DNA of 64,000 nt from Nitrospinaceae bacterium (GTDB taxonomy: Bacteria > Nitrospinota > Nitrospinia > Nitrospinales > Nitrospinaceae). Below, one piece after another: positions 28,854 to 39,163 of the stretch. Location: NCBI GenBank assembly GCA_965237905.1, contig OZ250172.1:672001-736000 (forward strand), read 5' to 3'. A model generated the notes under the pieces. It did no database searches. It had not been told where the DNA came from and saw only the letters and a list, made by a program, of their open reading frames with translations. Positions within the stretch are counted from its first letter, which is position 1. Every line of letters begins with the position of its first letter. A program made the position numbers and the translations under genes.

Positions 28854-29447
28854 GTGGCGGCTTTGAGAACTTTCATTGCCATTGACGTTCCACCGGCTGT
28901 ACTCGATACGATCACCCGTATCCAGAATCGATTTAAATCCCTGGGATTGTACGCGTCCTGGGTCAAGCCCGGAAACATTCACCTGACCTTGAAGTTTCTG
29001 GGAGACACCGATCCCGACCGAATCCCAGGTATTCAAAATAAATTAACCGAAACCCTGGCGCCGTTTTCGCCGTTCCGGCTGTTCTTGGACTCAGCCGGGG
29101 TGTTTCCGAATACCAAAAGTCCCCGCGTTTTGTGGGTAGGCCTCAAGGATGACGACGGAACGCTGGAAACCCTCCAATCCGCCATCGAAAAGGCTCTGGA
29201 GAGTGTGGGATTCCCGATGGAACAGCGGCCGTTTTCGCCGCATCTGACGCTGGCGCGGATAAAATCCCCTAAGGGAATCAAGTCGCCCAGAGGAATAAAG
29301 GAATTGAAAAACGAGTTGGATGCCGTGAATCAGGAAGGCATCGACCCTCACCCGTTTGACGTGGGTGGAATCCATTTATACGAAAGCCAATTGACGCCCA
29401 AGGGCTCCATCTATACCGTATTGGCGAACTTTAAACTGAATCCCTGA
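28854..29447 (+). CDS. thpR: RNA 2',3'-cyclic phosphodiesterase (2H family)
   Basis: RTFIAI, HLTLKFLG and PHLTLAR 2H motifs, upstream of recA. Confidence 0.93.
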   Translation: MAALRTFIAIDVPPAVLDTITRIQNRFKSLGLYASWVKPGNIHLTLKFLGDTDPDRIPGIQNKLTETLAPFSPFRLFLDSAGVFPNTKSPRVLWVGLKDDDGTLETLQSAIEKALESVGFPMEQRPFSPHLTLARIKSPKGIKSPRGIKELKNELDAVNQEGIDPHPFDVGGIHLYESQLTPKGSIYTVLANFKLNP

Positions 29448-29494
29448 CCTGAAGGATGGAAACCGGGTACACATTCAGCAAGGAGACGTGAATC

Positions 29495-30583
29495 ATGGCA
29501 GTAAACAACGAACGAGAAAAAGCGCTAGACCTGGCCTTTTCGCAAATCGAAAAGCAATTCGGCAAAGGGGCGATCATGAAACTGGGCCAGGCGGGAGTCC
29601 AGAAAGGAGTCCCCGTCATTTCCACCGGGTCCATTTCGCTCGACAGCATCCTGGGCATCGGCGGCATTCCCCGCGGCAGAATCACTGAAATCTACGGACC
29701 GGAAGCTTCCGGCAAGACCAGCCTGACGCTCCACATCATCGCCGAAGCGCAAAAGGCCGGCGGGGTGGCGGCGTTTATCGACGTCGAACACGCGCTGGAC
29801 CCGAAATACGCTTCAAACCTGGGCGTGAACCTCGACGACCTCCTGCTCGCCCAGCCCGACACCGGCGAACAAACGCTGGAGATCGCCGAAGTGCTGATAC
29901 GCAGTGGCGCGGTTGACGTGATTGTTATCGACTCGGTCGCGGCCATGGTGCCCAAGGCGGAACTCGACGGCGACATGGGCGACTCGCATATGGGCCTGCA
30001 GGCACGGCTCATGTCCCAGGCCATGCGCAAGCTGACCGGGGTCATCAACAAATCCAATACCTCGCTCATTTTCATCAACCAGATCCGCATGAAGATCGGT
30101 GTCATGTTCGGTACGCCGGAGACCACGACCGGCGGCAACGCGCTGAAGTTTTATTCCTCGGTGCGCCTGGACATCCGCCGCATCTCCGCGCTCAAGGACG
30201 GCGACCAGGTAATCGGCAACCGCACCCGCGTCAAAGTGGTCAAGAACAAGCTGGCGCCGCCGTTCCGCGATTGCGAATTCGATATCATATACGGCAAGGG
30301 CATTTCCAAAACCGGCGACCTGCTGGATTTGGCAGTCAATCACGAAATCGTCAACAAAAGCGGAACCTGGTTTTCCTATGGGGAAACCCGCATCGGCCAG
30401 GGCCGGGAAAACTCCCGCAACTTCCTGAACGATAATATGGATATCCGTAGCGAAATCGAAACACGGTTGCGCGACAAACTGGAACTCCCCGCGCCCCACA
30501 TCGACATGGGAAACGAGGCAGAACCACCTGCCGCCAAAGGCAAAAAAGCCTCCAAAGCTCAGGCCAAGGCTGAGGCGTCCTGA
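29495..30583 (+). CDS. recA: Recombinase RecA
   Basis: [23 protein letters not shown] and [17 protein letters not shown]. Confidence 0.99.
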   Translation: MAVNNEREKALDLAFSQIEKQFGKGAIMKLGQAGVQKGVPVISTGSISLDSILGIGGIPRGRITEIYGPEASGKTSLTLHIIAEAQKAGGVAAFIDVEHALDPKYASNLGVNLDDLLLAQPDTGEQTLEIAEVLIRSGAVDVIVIDSVAAMVPKAELDGDMGDSHMGLQARLMSQAMRKLTGVINKSNTSLIFINQIRMKIGVMFGTPETTTGGNALKFYSSVRLDIRRISALKDGDQVIGNRTRVKVVKNKLAPPFRDCEFDIIYGKGISKTGDLLDLAVNHEIVNKSGTWFSYGETRIGQGRENSRNFLNDNMDIRSEIETRLRDKLELPAPHIDMGNEAEPPAAKGKKASKAQAKAEAS

Positions 30584-30591
30584 CCGACGCC

Positions 30592-31044
30592 ATGTCCGAG
30601 GAGTTCAAACAGGCGCGGGCTCTCGCCTACCGGTATCTTTCGCACCGGGACCGCAGTGCCCGCGAAACGGCGGACCATCTCAGAAAAAAAGGACTAGAGG
30701 AAGCGGTCGTTCAGGAAACGCTTCGTTATTTAAAAGAAGCGAACTATCTGGACGACCGCCGGTTCGCCGAACATTGGGCCCGCACCCGCGCGGAAAACAA
30801 ACAATTCGGCAAATACCGCCTGCGCCAGGAATTGATCGGCAAGGGACTGCCTCAAGACCTCATCGACGAAACTCTGGATACGCTGTTCGAAACCGTCAAA
30901 GAGATCGATCTCGCCCGGGCCGTTGTCGAAAAAAAATTGCCTTCCATGCAAGACCTTCCCGCCGACAAAAGAAAAAACCGCCTCGTCGGTCTCCTGCAAC
31001 GCAAAGGGTTCAGCCTCGACATCATCTACAAAGTTCTGGATTAA
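30592..31044 (+). CDS. recX: Regulatory protein RecX
   Basis: YLSHRDRS, YLDDRRFA and LQRKGF, directly after recA. Confidence 0.93.
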   Translation: MSEEFKQARALAYRYLSHRDRSARETADHLRKKGLEEAVVQETLRYLKEANYLDDRRFAEHWARTRAENKQFGKYRLRQELIGKGLPQDLIDETLDTLFETVKEIDLARAVVEKKLPSMQDLPADKRKNRLVGLLQRKGFSLDIIYKVLD

Positions 31045-31125
31045 CCTCCCAGCACTGCCCCTTCCCGTAAAAATACAATCCTTTGTTTTTCTTGACGAAA
31101 AGACGTTCCGCCTTACAATATTAAG

Positions 31126-31926
31126 ATGATCGAAAACATCTCCCAGCTCCCTCCCTGGATATTTTCCCTTGTCGGTTTGATCTTCGGCCTGATGGTCGGC
31201 AGTTTCGCCAACGTCTGCATTGCGCGTTTGCCGAAAAAAGAGTCGATAATATTCCCGGCGTCGCACTGCCCTCAATGCAATAAACCCATCCATGTGACCG
31301 ATAACATTCCATTGATCAGTTACATCCTGTTGAAAGGTCAATGCCGCAACTGCAAACAAAAAATTTCTTTAATCTATCCGGCCATCGAGTTGGTCACCGG
31401 ACTGCTCATGGCGGCCGTCTTCTACCGGTTCGGTTTTTCGTGGGAATGTCTGATTTTTGCCATCGTCGTGCCGGCACTGGTCATCATCACCATGATCGAC
31501 ATCGAACATCAAATCATCCCCGACGTCATCACCCTTCCCGGAATTATCTTCGGTCTGGCGGCGGGGAGTTATCTCAATGGATGGTTGGATTCGGTGCTTG
31601 GGCTGGCGCTGGGCGGGGGCATGTTCTGGCTCCTGGCGGAAGGTTATTTCCGCATGCGGGGGAAAATGGGTATGGGGGGAGGCGACATCAAGTACATCGC
31701 CGCGGCAGGTGCGTTGATGGGCTGGGCGCAGGTGCTGGTCATCATTTTTATTGGGGCACTGGCGGGAGGCATTTTCGGCGGGATCGGCATGGGTGTCAAA
31801 AAATTAGATTTTTTGAGCCGGATTCCATTCGGTCCTTTTCTGGCTCTTGCCACGCTGATTTCAATTTTTTTCGGCGATCCCATCGTCGACTGGTACCTCA
31901 ACACCTTTGTGCCGAAACCGTTGTGA
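31126..31926 (+). CDS. pilD: Prepilin peptidase / N-methyltransferase
   Basis: GSFANVCIARLP, SHCPQC, CRNC, IDIEHQIIPD, GMGGGDIK and IPFGPFL. Confidence 0.95.
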   Translation: MIENISQLPPWIFSLVGLIFGLMVGSFANVCIARLPKKESIIFPASHCPQCNKPIHVTDNIPLISYILLKGQCRNCKQKISLIYPAIELVTGLLMAAVFYRFGFSWECLIFAIVVPALVIITMIDIEHQIIPDVITLPGIIFGLAAGSYLNGWLDSVLGLALGGGMFWLLAEGYFRMRGKMGMGGGDIKYIAAAGALMGWAQVLVIIFIGALAGGIFGGIGMGVKKLDFLSRIPFGPFLALATLISIFFGDPIVDWYLNTFVPKPL

Positions 31927-31980
31927 CCCCTGCCCGCTGGTGTTACACTATTTAAACATCAACTTAACAGGAATTCTTTT

Positions 31981-32412
31981 ATGGCATTCGGTTTAACTTT
32001 CAAATCAAAAGATGACGTGGCCCCTCCCACTGAAAACATGGAGGACCTGGTCCGGAAAACTAAAAGAGACGTTCTCGGCCTCAAAATCATGCTGTTCACG
32101 GCGGTGGTTCTGCTGGTGGGCGGTTCCTTGTATTACAACATTGAGCTTCGATCGACCCAAAATAATTTTCATTTGGAAATGCAGGGCACCCAATCCCAGC
32201 TTGACACTTTGATGCAAGACCGGGCTCTGGGCGCCGGCAACCGTTTGGAAGGGGTGGTGGAAGAAATGAACAGCACCATCTCCCGCCTCGACAACGAATC
32301 TCCCCAAGTTCAACAATTGATCGAACGGGTCAAGGAAGATTCAGGCGATTTCTTACATACCTACAGACAATATTCAGAAAATAAAGACACCCAACTGCGC
32401 CGGGAATTCTAA
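31981..32412 (+). CDS. Hypothetical single-TM coiled-coil protein
   Basis: One TM followed by a heptad-rich segment. Confidence 0.7.
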   Translation: MAFGLTFKSKDDVAPPTENMEDLVRKTKRDVLGLKIMLFTAVVLLVGGSLYYNIELRSTQNNFHLEMQGTQSQLDTLMQDRALGAGNRLEGVVEEMNSTISRLDNESPQVQQLIERVKEDSGDFLHTYRQYSENKDTQLRREF

Positions 32413-32422
32413 TGGACTCCGG

Positions 32423-33367
32423 TCACTCCACAGCAAAAATCTTATTGATTTGATCCCGCACCGAAGCGTCCGCCTGCCAGCCGACCGATTTTAAGTTTTC
32501 TTCCACCTGGCGGTCGTTTTTCACTCCCACCAGCGCCGAAGCTACTCCCGGTTGATGAATCACCCAGTTGACGGCCATCTGCCCGCAAGACTTTCCCTGG
32601 GACTCGGCAATCGCTTTGAACCGCTCGACCTTTTCGATATTTTTCACGAATGCCTCGCCGGTGAACTGGCCGATGATACCCTTGCTCCGCCAGTCCTTGA
32701 ACTTCGTGTCCCGGTCGTACTTGCCCGTCAACACCCCGGAAGCCAACGGACTGTAGGCGATGATGCCGATATCGTGGATCAGGCAAAACGACACGGTTTC
32801 CTTTTCAATCGAACGTTGCAGTAAACTGTACTCCGGTTGCAGAGAAACCAGCGGCCCTATTCTCAAACAATCCTGCATCTGCGTGACGGAATAATTGCTG
32901 ACGCCTATGTAACGTATTTTCCCCTGCTTCTGGATTTCCAGCAGTGTTTCCATCGTTTCTGCGTGAGGCGTCTTACCATCCGGCCAGTGGACTTGATACA
33001 GATCGATATAGTCGGTGTCCAAACGCTCCAGGCTCTGATCGATCTCTTCCAGGATCGATTCCCGTGTGGCGACTTTCGAAATGGACCCCAACGCCTCTTT
33101 CTCCCACCGCAGGCCGCACTTGGTGGCCAGAATGACCTTGCCGCGCACCGGTTTCAACGCTTTGCCGATCAACCGTTCCGATAGGCCGAATCCGTACACG
33201 GGCGCCGTATCGAAAAAGTTGATGCCCATATCGTAGGCTTTTTGAATGGATTTGACAGACATGTTGTCGCCCTCACTGCTCCAGAACGGCGCCCCGCCGA
33301 TCCCCCAGGCCCCGAACCCGATCACCGACACATTTAAATCGCTGGAGCCCAATTTTCTGTATTCCAT
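32423..33367 (-). CDS. Aldo/keto reductase
   Basis: FFDTAPVYG, ATKCG, DYIDLYQVHWPD, IGVSNY and AYSPLASGVLTGK. Confidence 0.95.
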   Translation of the reverse strand: MEYRKLGSSDLNVSVIGFGAWGIGGAPFWSSEGDNMSVKSIQKAYDMGINFFDTAPVYGFGLSERLIGKALKPVRGKVILATKCGLRWEKEALGSISKVATRESILEEIDQSLERLDTDYIDLYQVHWPDGKTPHAETMETLLEIQKQGKIRYIGVSNYSVTQMQDCLRIGPLVSLQPEYSLLQRSIEKETVSFCLIHDIGIIAYSPLASGVLTGKYDRDTKFKDWRSKGIIGQFTGEAFVKNIEKVERFKAIAESQGKSCGQMAVNWVIHQPGVASALVGVKNDRQVEENLKSVGWQADASVRDQINKIFAVE

Positions 33368-33512
33368 ATGACGCCCTTTGCTATATATTAAGAATACCGT
33401 TTGCAGACCTGTTCGGGTCTGTTCTAATGGTGAATGAAAACCAAAATATCACTTAAAGAGAACCGTGTCAGGTGGAAATCCGGGCTGAGCGGTTTTTTAG
33501 TAAAAACACCCT

Positions 33513-35237
33513 ATGAAATCGTTACTCCGCGTTTTAGGTTATCTGAAACCCTATAAAAAATTCGTTGTGCTGACCCTCGGGTTCGCCATTGCCACTACCC
33601 TGCTGGATCTGGTCCCGCCCTGGCTGATCAAGGAAATCATCGACCGGCTGCGGGAGCACGTCAACGACGAATGGGTGTACACCTTCGTTCTGGTGCTGGT
33701 GCTGGCTTATTTTGGCAGGAATTATTCCAATTACAAACGCATCCTGATCAACAATCAGCTCGAGCAGAAAGTGGTGTTCGATATCCGGTCGCACGTTTAC
33801 CGCGCCCTGCAAAAACTATCGCTCAATTATTTCGAGAACCGGTCCACCGGCGAGATCATGTCGCGCGTCAACGACGACGTCACCTACGTCGAGCGGATTT
33901 TCATCGATGGGGTAGAGCAAGTCGTCACCGCCACGCTGACTTTGATCGGAATCATGATCATCCTGCTCAATATGCACTGGAAACTGGCCGTCGCTTCATT
34001 GATCCCCATTCCCTTTCTGGTGATCGGTGCGTGGAAGTATACGATGCGGGCGCACAGTCTGTACCACATGGTCCGGGAACGCGCCGCTAAAATGAACGGT
34101 ACGCTTCAGGACGGCATTTCCGGAATCAAGGAAACCCTCGCCTTCAACCGTCAGCCTCATGAGGTGCAACGGTTCGAACAGCGAAGTGACGATTACTGCA
34201 AGGGCACGCTGGAAGTGATGCGTTTGTGGGCCATCTACTCCCCGGCCATGATGTTTCTGGGATCGCTGGGCACCGTGTCGATCATCCTGTACGGCATCGG
34301 CCTGGTGCAGGCGCAGGAAATCACTGTGGGCATGCTGGTTGCCTTTATCTTGTACCTGGGCCTGTTTTACACGCCGATCAATCAACTGCACACCCTGAAC
34401 CACATGCTCCAGCATGCGCTGGCTTCCAGCGATCGGTTGTTCGAGATCATCGACGCGCAACCGGACGTGCAAGAGGACCCGAACCCCACGCATCCCACGA
34501 CTCCGGTTCGAGGAGGCATCACGTTTGACGCGGTCGATTTTTCCTATATACCGTCCAAGCAGATTCTGCATCAGGTGTCCTTCAGCCTGCTTCCGGGAGA
34601 AAAAGTGGCGCTGGTGGGTCATACCGGAAGCGGCAAATCCACACTCGTCAAACTGCTGATGCGGTTTTATGATGCGAGGGCCGGACAGATCCACATCGAC
34701 GATCACCCCATTCAAAAGCTGAGTCTGTCTTATCTGCGGGAGCAGGTGGGACTGGTGTCGCAGGAACCGTTTCTGTTCAACGGCACGGTACTGGAAAATA
34801 TTCTGTACGGTAAGCTGGATGCCAACCCGGATCAGGTAAAACGCGCGGCCCGGGCGGCACATGCCCACGAGTTCATCGAACAGTTGCCGCAGGGATACGA
34901 AACATTGATCGGGGAACGCGGTGTGAAACTCTCCGGCGGCGAAAGGCACCGGCTGGCCATTGCCCGCGTGTTTCTAAAGGACCCGCCCATCCTGGTGCTG
35001 GACGAAGCCACCGCCTCGGTCGATGCGGAAACGGAAGTTAAAATCAAGGAAGCGTTGACCCAGTTGATGGCGCTCCGCACCACTCTGGTCATTGCGCACC
35101 GGTTGTCGACGCTGGAAGGAGCGGATCGGGTACTGGTGCTGAAAGGCGGACGGCTGGTCGAGTCCGGCTCGCACAAGGAATTGATCCAGACCGACAGCGA
35201 ATACGCCAGCCTGTTCAAATCACAACTTCATTTGTAA
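33513..35237 (+). CDS. ABC exporter, fused permease and ATPase (MsbA-like)
   Basis: TMD plus GHTGSGKST, LSGGERHR, LDEATA and IAHRLST. Confidence 0.95.
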   Translation: MKSLLRVLGYLKPYKKFVVLTLGFAIATTLLDLVPPWLIKEIIDRLREHVNDEWVYTFVLVLVLAYFGRNYSNYKRILINNQLEQKVVFDIRSHVYRALQKLSLNYFENRSTGEIMSRVNDDVTYVERIFIDGVEQVVTATLTLIGIMIILLNMHWKLAVASLIPIPFLVIGAWKYTMRAHSLYHMVRERAAKMNGTLQDGISGIKETLAFNRQPHEVQRFEQRSDDYCKGTLEVMRLWAIYSPAMMFLGSLGTVSIILYGIGLVQAQEITVGMLVAFILYLGLFYTPINQLHTLNHMLQHALASSDRLFEIIDAQPDVQEDPNPTHPTTPVRGGITFDAVDFSYIPSKQILHQVSFSLLPGEKVALVGHTGSGKSTLVKLLMRFYDARAGQIHIDDHPIQKLSLSYLREQVGLVSQEPFLFNGTVLENILYGKLDANPDQVKRAARAAHAHEFIEQLPQGYETLIGERGVKLSGGERHRLAIARVFLKDPPILVLDEATASVDAETEVKIKEALTQLMALRTTLVIAHRLSTLEGADRVLVLKGGRLVESGSHKELIQTDSEYASLFKSQLHL

Positions 35238-35263
35238 CGGTGGGACAATCGCGGAAGGAAGAT

Positions 35264-36232
35264 TTATTCTTTTTCGGTATTGAAGACACCCATGTTGCGG
35301 AATTTATCCTGCCGTTGTTCGACCAGTTCACTCGGCTTTAACGCCATCAACTCTTTCAGTTGGGACCGCAGGGCTTTTTTAAGCATAATGGCCGCCCATT
35401 TATGATTGCGGTGCGCCCCGCCCAACGGTTCGCCGATAATTTGATCAATCACCTCCAGCTTCTCCAGTTGTTTGGAGGTTAAATTGAGGGCTCGTGCGGC
35501 CTGCTTGACCTTATCCTTGTCGCCCCACAAAATGGAGGCACATCCTTCGGGCGAGATCACGGAATACACCGAGTGCTCGAGCATGAGAACGCGATTACCC
35601 AACCCGATCGCCAACGCTCCGCCACTGCCGCCTTCACCTATGATGACGGCGATGATGGGAACCTTGAGACTGGACATCACAAACAAATTGTAGGCAATCG
35701 CTTCCGACTGCCCCTGTTCTTCCGCATCCATGCCGGGATAGGCGCCGGGGGTATCGATCAGGGTAATGACGGGAATGTTGAACTTTTCCGCAAGCCGCAT
35801 CAACCTCAGAGCTTTCCGGTATCCGGCGGGTTGCGACATGCCGAAATTACGGCGAATCTTCTCCGCGGTATCGCGGCCTTTTTGATGGCCAATCACCATC
35901 ACCGTCTGGTTATCGAACTTGGCAAATCCGCCTGCGATCGAAACACCCGCTCCCCCATGCCGGTCGCCATGCAGTTCTTCGAAATCCGTGAACATGTTAT
36001 GGATATAATCCAACGTGTAAGGGCGTTCGGGATGGCGGGCCACCAGGGTTTTCTGCCAACCGTCGAGGCCATTGAAGACATCCCGTTTCATGTGACGCAG
36101 TTTTTTCTTCAGCTTGGAGATTTCGTGGGTCAGGTCGCCGACGCTGTCGTACATGTTCGACAGGGAATACAATTCCTTGATCTGGCTTTCCACCGCGAAT
36201 ATGTCTTTTTCAAAATCCAGAATCTGTGCCAT
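35264..36232 (-). CDS. accA: Acetyl-CoA carboxylase carboxyltransferase alpha
   Basis: LDFEK, ARHPERP, IDTPGAYPG, GEGGSGGALA and YSVISPEGC. Confidence 0.97.
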   Translation of the reverse strand: MAQILDFEKDIFAVESQIKELYSLSNMYDSVGDLTHEISKLKKKLRHMKRDVFNGLDGWQKTLVARHPERPYTLDYIHNMFTDFEELHGDRHGGAGVSIAGGFAKFDNQTVMVIGHQKGRDTAEKIRRNFGMSQPAGYRKALRLMRLAEKFNIPVITLIDTPGAYPGMDAEEQGQSEAIAYNLFVMSSLKVPIIAVIIGEGGSGGALAIGLGNRVLMLEHSVYSVISPEGCASILWGDKDKVKQAARALNLTSKQLEKLEVIDQIIGEPLGGAHRNHKWAAIMLKKALRSQLKELMALKPSELVEQRQDKFRNMGVFNTEKE

Positions 36233-36262
36233 ATTTTGCAAATACCTTTGATAGGTTATCGA

Positions 36263-37327
36263 TCAATAAAATCCGAAAATCGGATAAATTAAATTTTTCA
36301 GAGTCGCGGATTCGGCCAGGGCTTTGGCGCCTTCCGATCCAATCTTGTTCTGCCCCAGCCGCAGGAATTCCAGTTGAGCCATCGTTTGCGACTGAGCCAA
36401 CGCCCGCGCTCCTGCGTTGCCGATGCGGTTGAAATTCAAATCCAGGCTTTTTAAATTGCCCAACACTTTGGATTCCGCCAACGCCCGGGCTCCCCGATCG
36501 GTGATGCGGTTCGCCGCCAGATGCAGGGAAACCACATCCTTTAACTTGGACGATCGGGCCAGCGCGATCACGGCTTCATCGCTTAAGTTGTTGTTGTTCA
36601 GGTTGAGCTCCCGGATCCCTTCAAGGTACGGCGAATCCAACAACACTTTCAAACCGGAATCACCGATATAATTGTTTTCAAGGTTGCCGAGAGTTTCCCG
36701 GGTCTTCCAAAGTTTAATCTTTTGCTTAAACTTAAAATTCTCCAACGCCTGGCGTCCGGCATCATCCAGGGGATTGTAAGCCAGCCCCAACCGAACCATC
36801 CGGGTCAACCTGGAAGAACGGGTAAGCGCCTGCGCACCCGTGTCCCCGACCCGGTTGTAATTCAGATTTAATTCCACCAGATTGGATAAATGTTTTGACT
36901 GCGCCAGGACCTTGGCTCCCGCGTTTCCAATCCGGTTCCGGTATAGATTAAGCACTTCCAGCTTGCCCAACAATGCCGACTCCGCGAGATAGCGTGCGCC
37001 TTGATCGGTCACCTGATTGTTTTCGATGTACAATTCTTTCAGGTTGCCGAGGTTCTGCGAGTTGGCCAACGCACGCACCCCTTCATCCCCCACTTCCCCT
37101 TTATAAATCTTGAGCACTCTCAAGCTTTTCATCAAAGGAGACCGGGCCAGCAAAACGGCACCTTGATCCCCAATGATTTTTTCGTTCAGGCGCAGGGTAT
37201 GGTGATTCCGGCGCAGTTTCTTCTCGATATATTTTTCAAGCGCCTCGGGGGGCATCTGCTGTGCCGCCGCAAAAGAAAACAGAAACACCAACAGCAAACC
37301 CAGAGCCCGCCATCCTGGCTTACACAT
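36263..37327 (-). CDS. Exported leucine-rich repeat protein (RNI/GALA-like)
   Basis: Signal peptide and 27-aa repeats L..L.L..N.I.D.GA.ALA.S..L.. in two blocks. Confidence 0.88.
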   Translation of the reverse strand: MCKPGWRALGLLLVFLFSFAAAQQMPPEALEKYIEKKLRRNHHTLRLNEKIIGDQGAVLLARSPLMKSLRVLKIYKGEVGDEGVRALANSQNLGNLKELYIENNQVTDQGARYLAESALLGKLEVLNLYRNRIGNAGAKVLAQSKHLSNLVELNLNYNRVGDTGAQALTRSSRLTRMVRLGLAYNPLDDAGRQALENFKFKQKIKLWKTRETLGNLENNYIGDSGLKVLLDSPYLEGIRELNLNNNNLSDEAVIALARSSKLKDVVSLHLAANRITDRGARALAESKVLGNLKSLDLNFNRIGNAGARALAQSQTMAQLEFLRLGQNKIGSEGAKALAESATLKNLIYPIFGFY

Positions 37328-37402
37328 AACAATCGGTCAACTGGATAACGATATTGAATTTAAAAGGGTAATTGAACTGTATTCTTATTGTAACAAGGTA
37401 GG

Positions 37403-38419
37403 TTATTCTTTTTCAATCGCTTTCAGCCGTTTTTCGAGTTCCTGGATTTTCCGGGACAGCTCCGGCAATTTGGGCAAAATGGTGGTGTATCGTTTCCAGC
37501 CCATGGCCGACATCGCCGGTGAACCCCCATAAAAACCGGGCTCTAACAGGTCTTTGTTGACCCCCGCCTGCGCCGCCACGATCACCTGATCCCCGATTGT
37601 CACATGATCGGCCAAGCCCACCTGACCGGCCAAAATAACGTGATGCCCCAGTTTGCAGGTACCGGCGATGCCCACCTGAGAGACGATTATGGAATATGGG
37701 CCGATTTCGCAGTTGTGAGCGATCTGCACCAGATTATCTATTTTGGTGCCTTCTCCCACCACGGTTTCCCCGAACGCGGCGCGGTCGATGCAGGTATTGG
37801 CCCCCACTTCCACATGATCTTCGATGACCACCCGGCCCACCTGGTTGATTTTGACGTGCCGCCCCTTTTCATCCGGAGTGTAGCCGAATCCATCGGTGCC
37901 GATCACTACCCCGGCGTGCAGAATGACATGGTTCCCGACGACCGAATTGCGATACAACGTGACATTGGCAAACAGAGTCGCATTGTTGCCGATGCGGCAT
38001 CCCTCGTGCACCACCACTCCAGGATGAAGGACGGTGTTATCGCCGATGACCACACCCTTGCCCAAGGCAACAAACGGGCCGATGGAGACATCTTTCCCCA
38101 GTTGAACGCCTTCGGCGATGGAAGCTTTGTCATCGATGCCGGGTTGGGGCCGAGGTTCGGGATGAAATTCCGCCAGCAGTTTGGCAAACGCCAACGCCGG
38201 AGCGGGATGAACCACCTGGGCCTTGTCTGTCTCCATAGCTTTTTGCACGATCACAGCCGAGGCGTTGCAGGTTTTCAACTGGTCTTTGAATTTCTTTTCC
38301 GCTAAAAACGTGATCTGGCCCTGTTCCGCCAGTTCCATGCCGTTCACTCCGGTGATTTCGAGGGAGCCATCCCCCTCCACGGTGCCGCCCAACCGTTCAG
38401 CGATTTCTTGCAATTTCAT
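37403..38419 (-). CDS. lpxD: UDP-3-O-acylglucosamine N-acyltransferase
   Basis: Hexapeptide repeats, IGTDGFGY, IDRAA and KIDNLVQIAHN. Confidence 0.96.
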   Translation of the reverse strand: MKLQEIAERLGGTVEGDGSLEITGVNGMELAEQGQITFLAEKKFKDQLKTCNASAVIVQKAMETDKAQVVHPAPALAFAKLLAEFHPEPRPQPGIDDKASIAEGVQLGKDVSIGPFVALGKGVVIGDNTVLHPGVVVHEGCRIGNNATLFANVTLYRNSVVGNHVILHAGVVIGTDGFGYTPDEKGRHVKINQVGRVVIEDHVEVGANTCIDRAAFGETVVGEGTKIDNLVQIAHNCEIGPYSIIVSQVGIAGTCKLGHHVILAGQVGLADHVTIGDQVIVAAQAGVNKDLLEPGFYGGSPAMSAMGWKRYTTILPKLPELSRKIQELEKRLKAIEKE

Positions 38420-38446
38420 AACCAACTCTCGTGTTGTGGTTTGGAT

Positions 38447-39163
38447 TTATAAAATCAATTCCTTGCCGATCGGTTTTACCTGGCCGTCGGCCAATTGCAG
38501 AACCCGGTCCAGGCTTCGGGCGATTTTCGCGCTGTGAGTCACGATCACAAAGGTCTGATTTATTTCTTCATTCAATTTCCGTGCCAGGTCCATGAAATGT
38601 TCGCTGGCACGGGCATCCAGGTTGCCGGTCGGTTCGTCGGCCAGCAACAGTTCCGGCTGGTTGACCAGACTGCGCGCCAGGGCCACCCGTTGGGTTTCGC
38701 CACCTGAGAGTTCGCCGGGTTTGTGATGCAGTCGGTCTTTCAATCCCAACAGGCCCAACAGCTCTTCCGCTTTCTCCTGCACCGATTTTTTATCCCGGTT
38801 GGCGATCAATCCTGGAAACATGGCGTTCTCCAGCGCGGTAAAGTCGGGCAGTAAATTAAACAATTGGAACACGAAACCGACATGCCGGTTGCGGTACTGC
38901 TCCAGAAAATTATTTCCCTGCGTGAAAATATTCTGTTCCTTGAACAGCACCTTGCCCGCTTGCGGCCGGTCCAATCCTCCCAGGATATGAAGCAGAGTGC
39001 TTTTTCCGGAACCGGAGGCACCGACAATTCCCAAAATCTCTCCGGAATGCACTTCCAGGTCGGCCCCCGCCAACACCTCTACCGCCTTGGTCTTGCTGTT
39101 GTAGGATTTGTCCAGCCCGACGGCTGAGATCAAAGGTTCTGTATTCGTTGAAGGTTTACTCAT
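38447..39163 (-). CDS. lolD: Lipoprotein-releasing ABC transporter ATPase
   Basis: GASGSGKSTLLHILGGLD, LSGGE and ADEPTGNLD, follows lolC/E. Confidence 0.92.
   Translation of the reverse strand: MSKPSTNTEPLISAVGLDKSYNSKTKAVEVLAGADLEVHSGEILGIVGASGSGKSTLLHILGGLDRPQAGKVLFKEQNIFTQGNNFLEQYRNRHVGFVFQLFNLLPDFTALENAMFPGLIANRDKKSVQEKAEELLGLLGLKDRLHHKPGELSGGETQRVALARSLVNQPELLLADEPTGNLDARASEHFMDLARKLNEEINQTFVIVTHSAKIARSLDRVLQLADGQVKPIGKELIL

Noticed and set aside
29448..29494. CTGAA-N20-TTCAG upstream of recA as a possible LexA box
   Set aside because: Only 5-bp arms, no match to a LexA consensus I can support, and no second copy seen.
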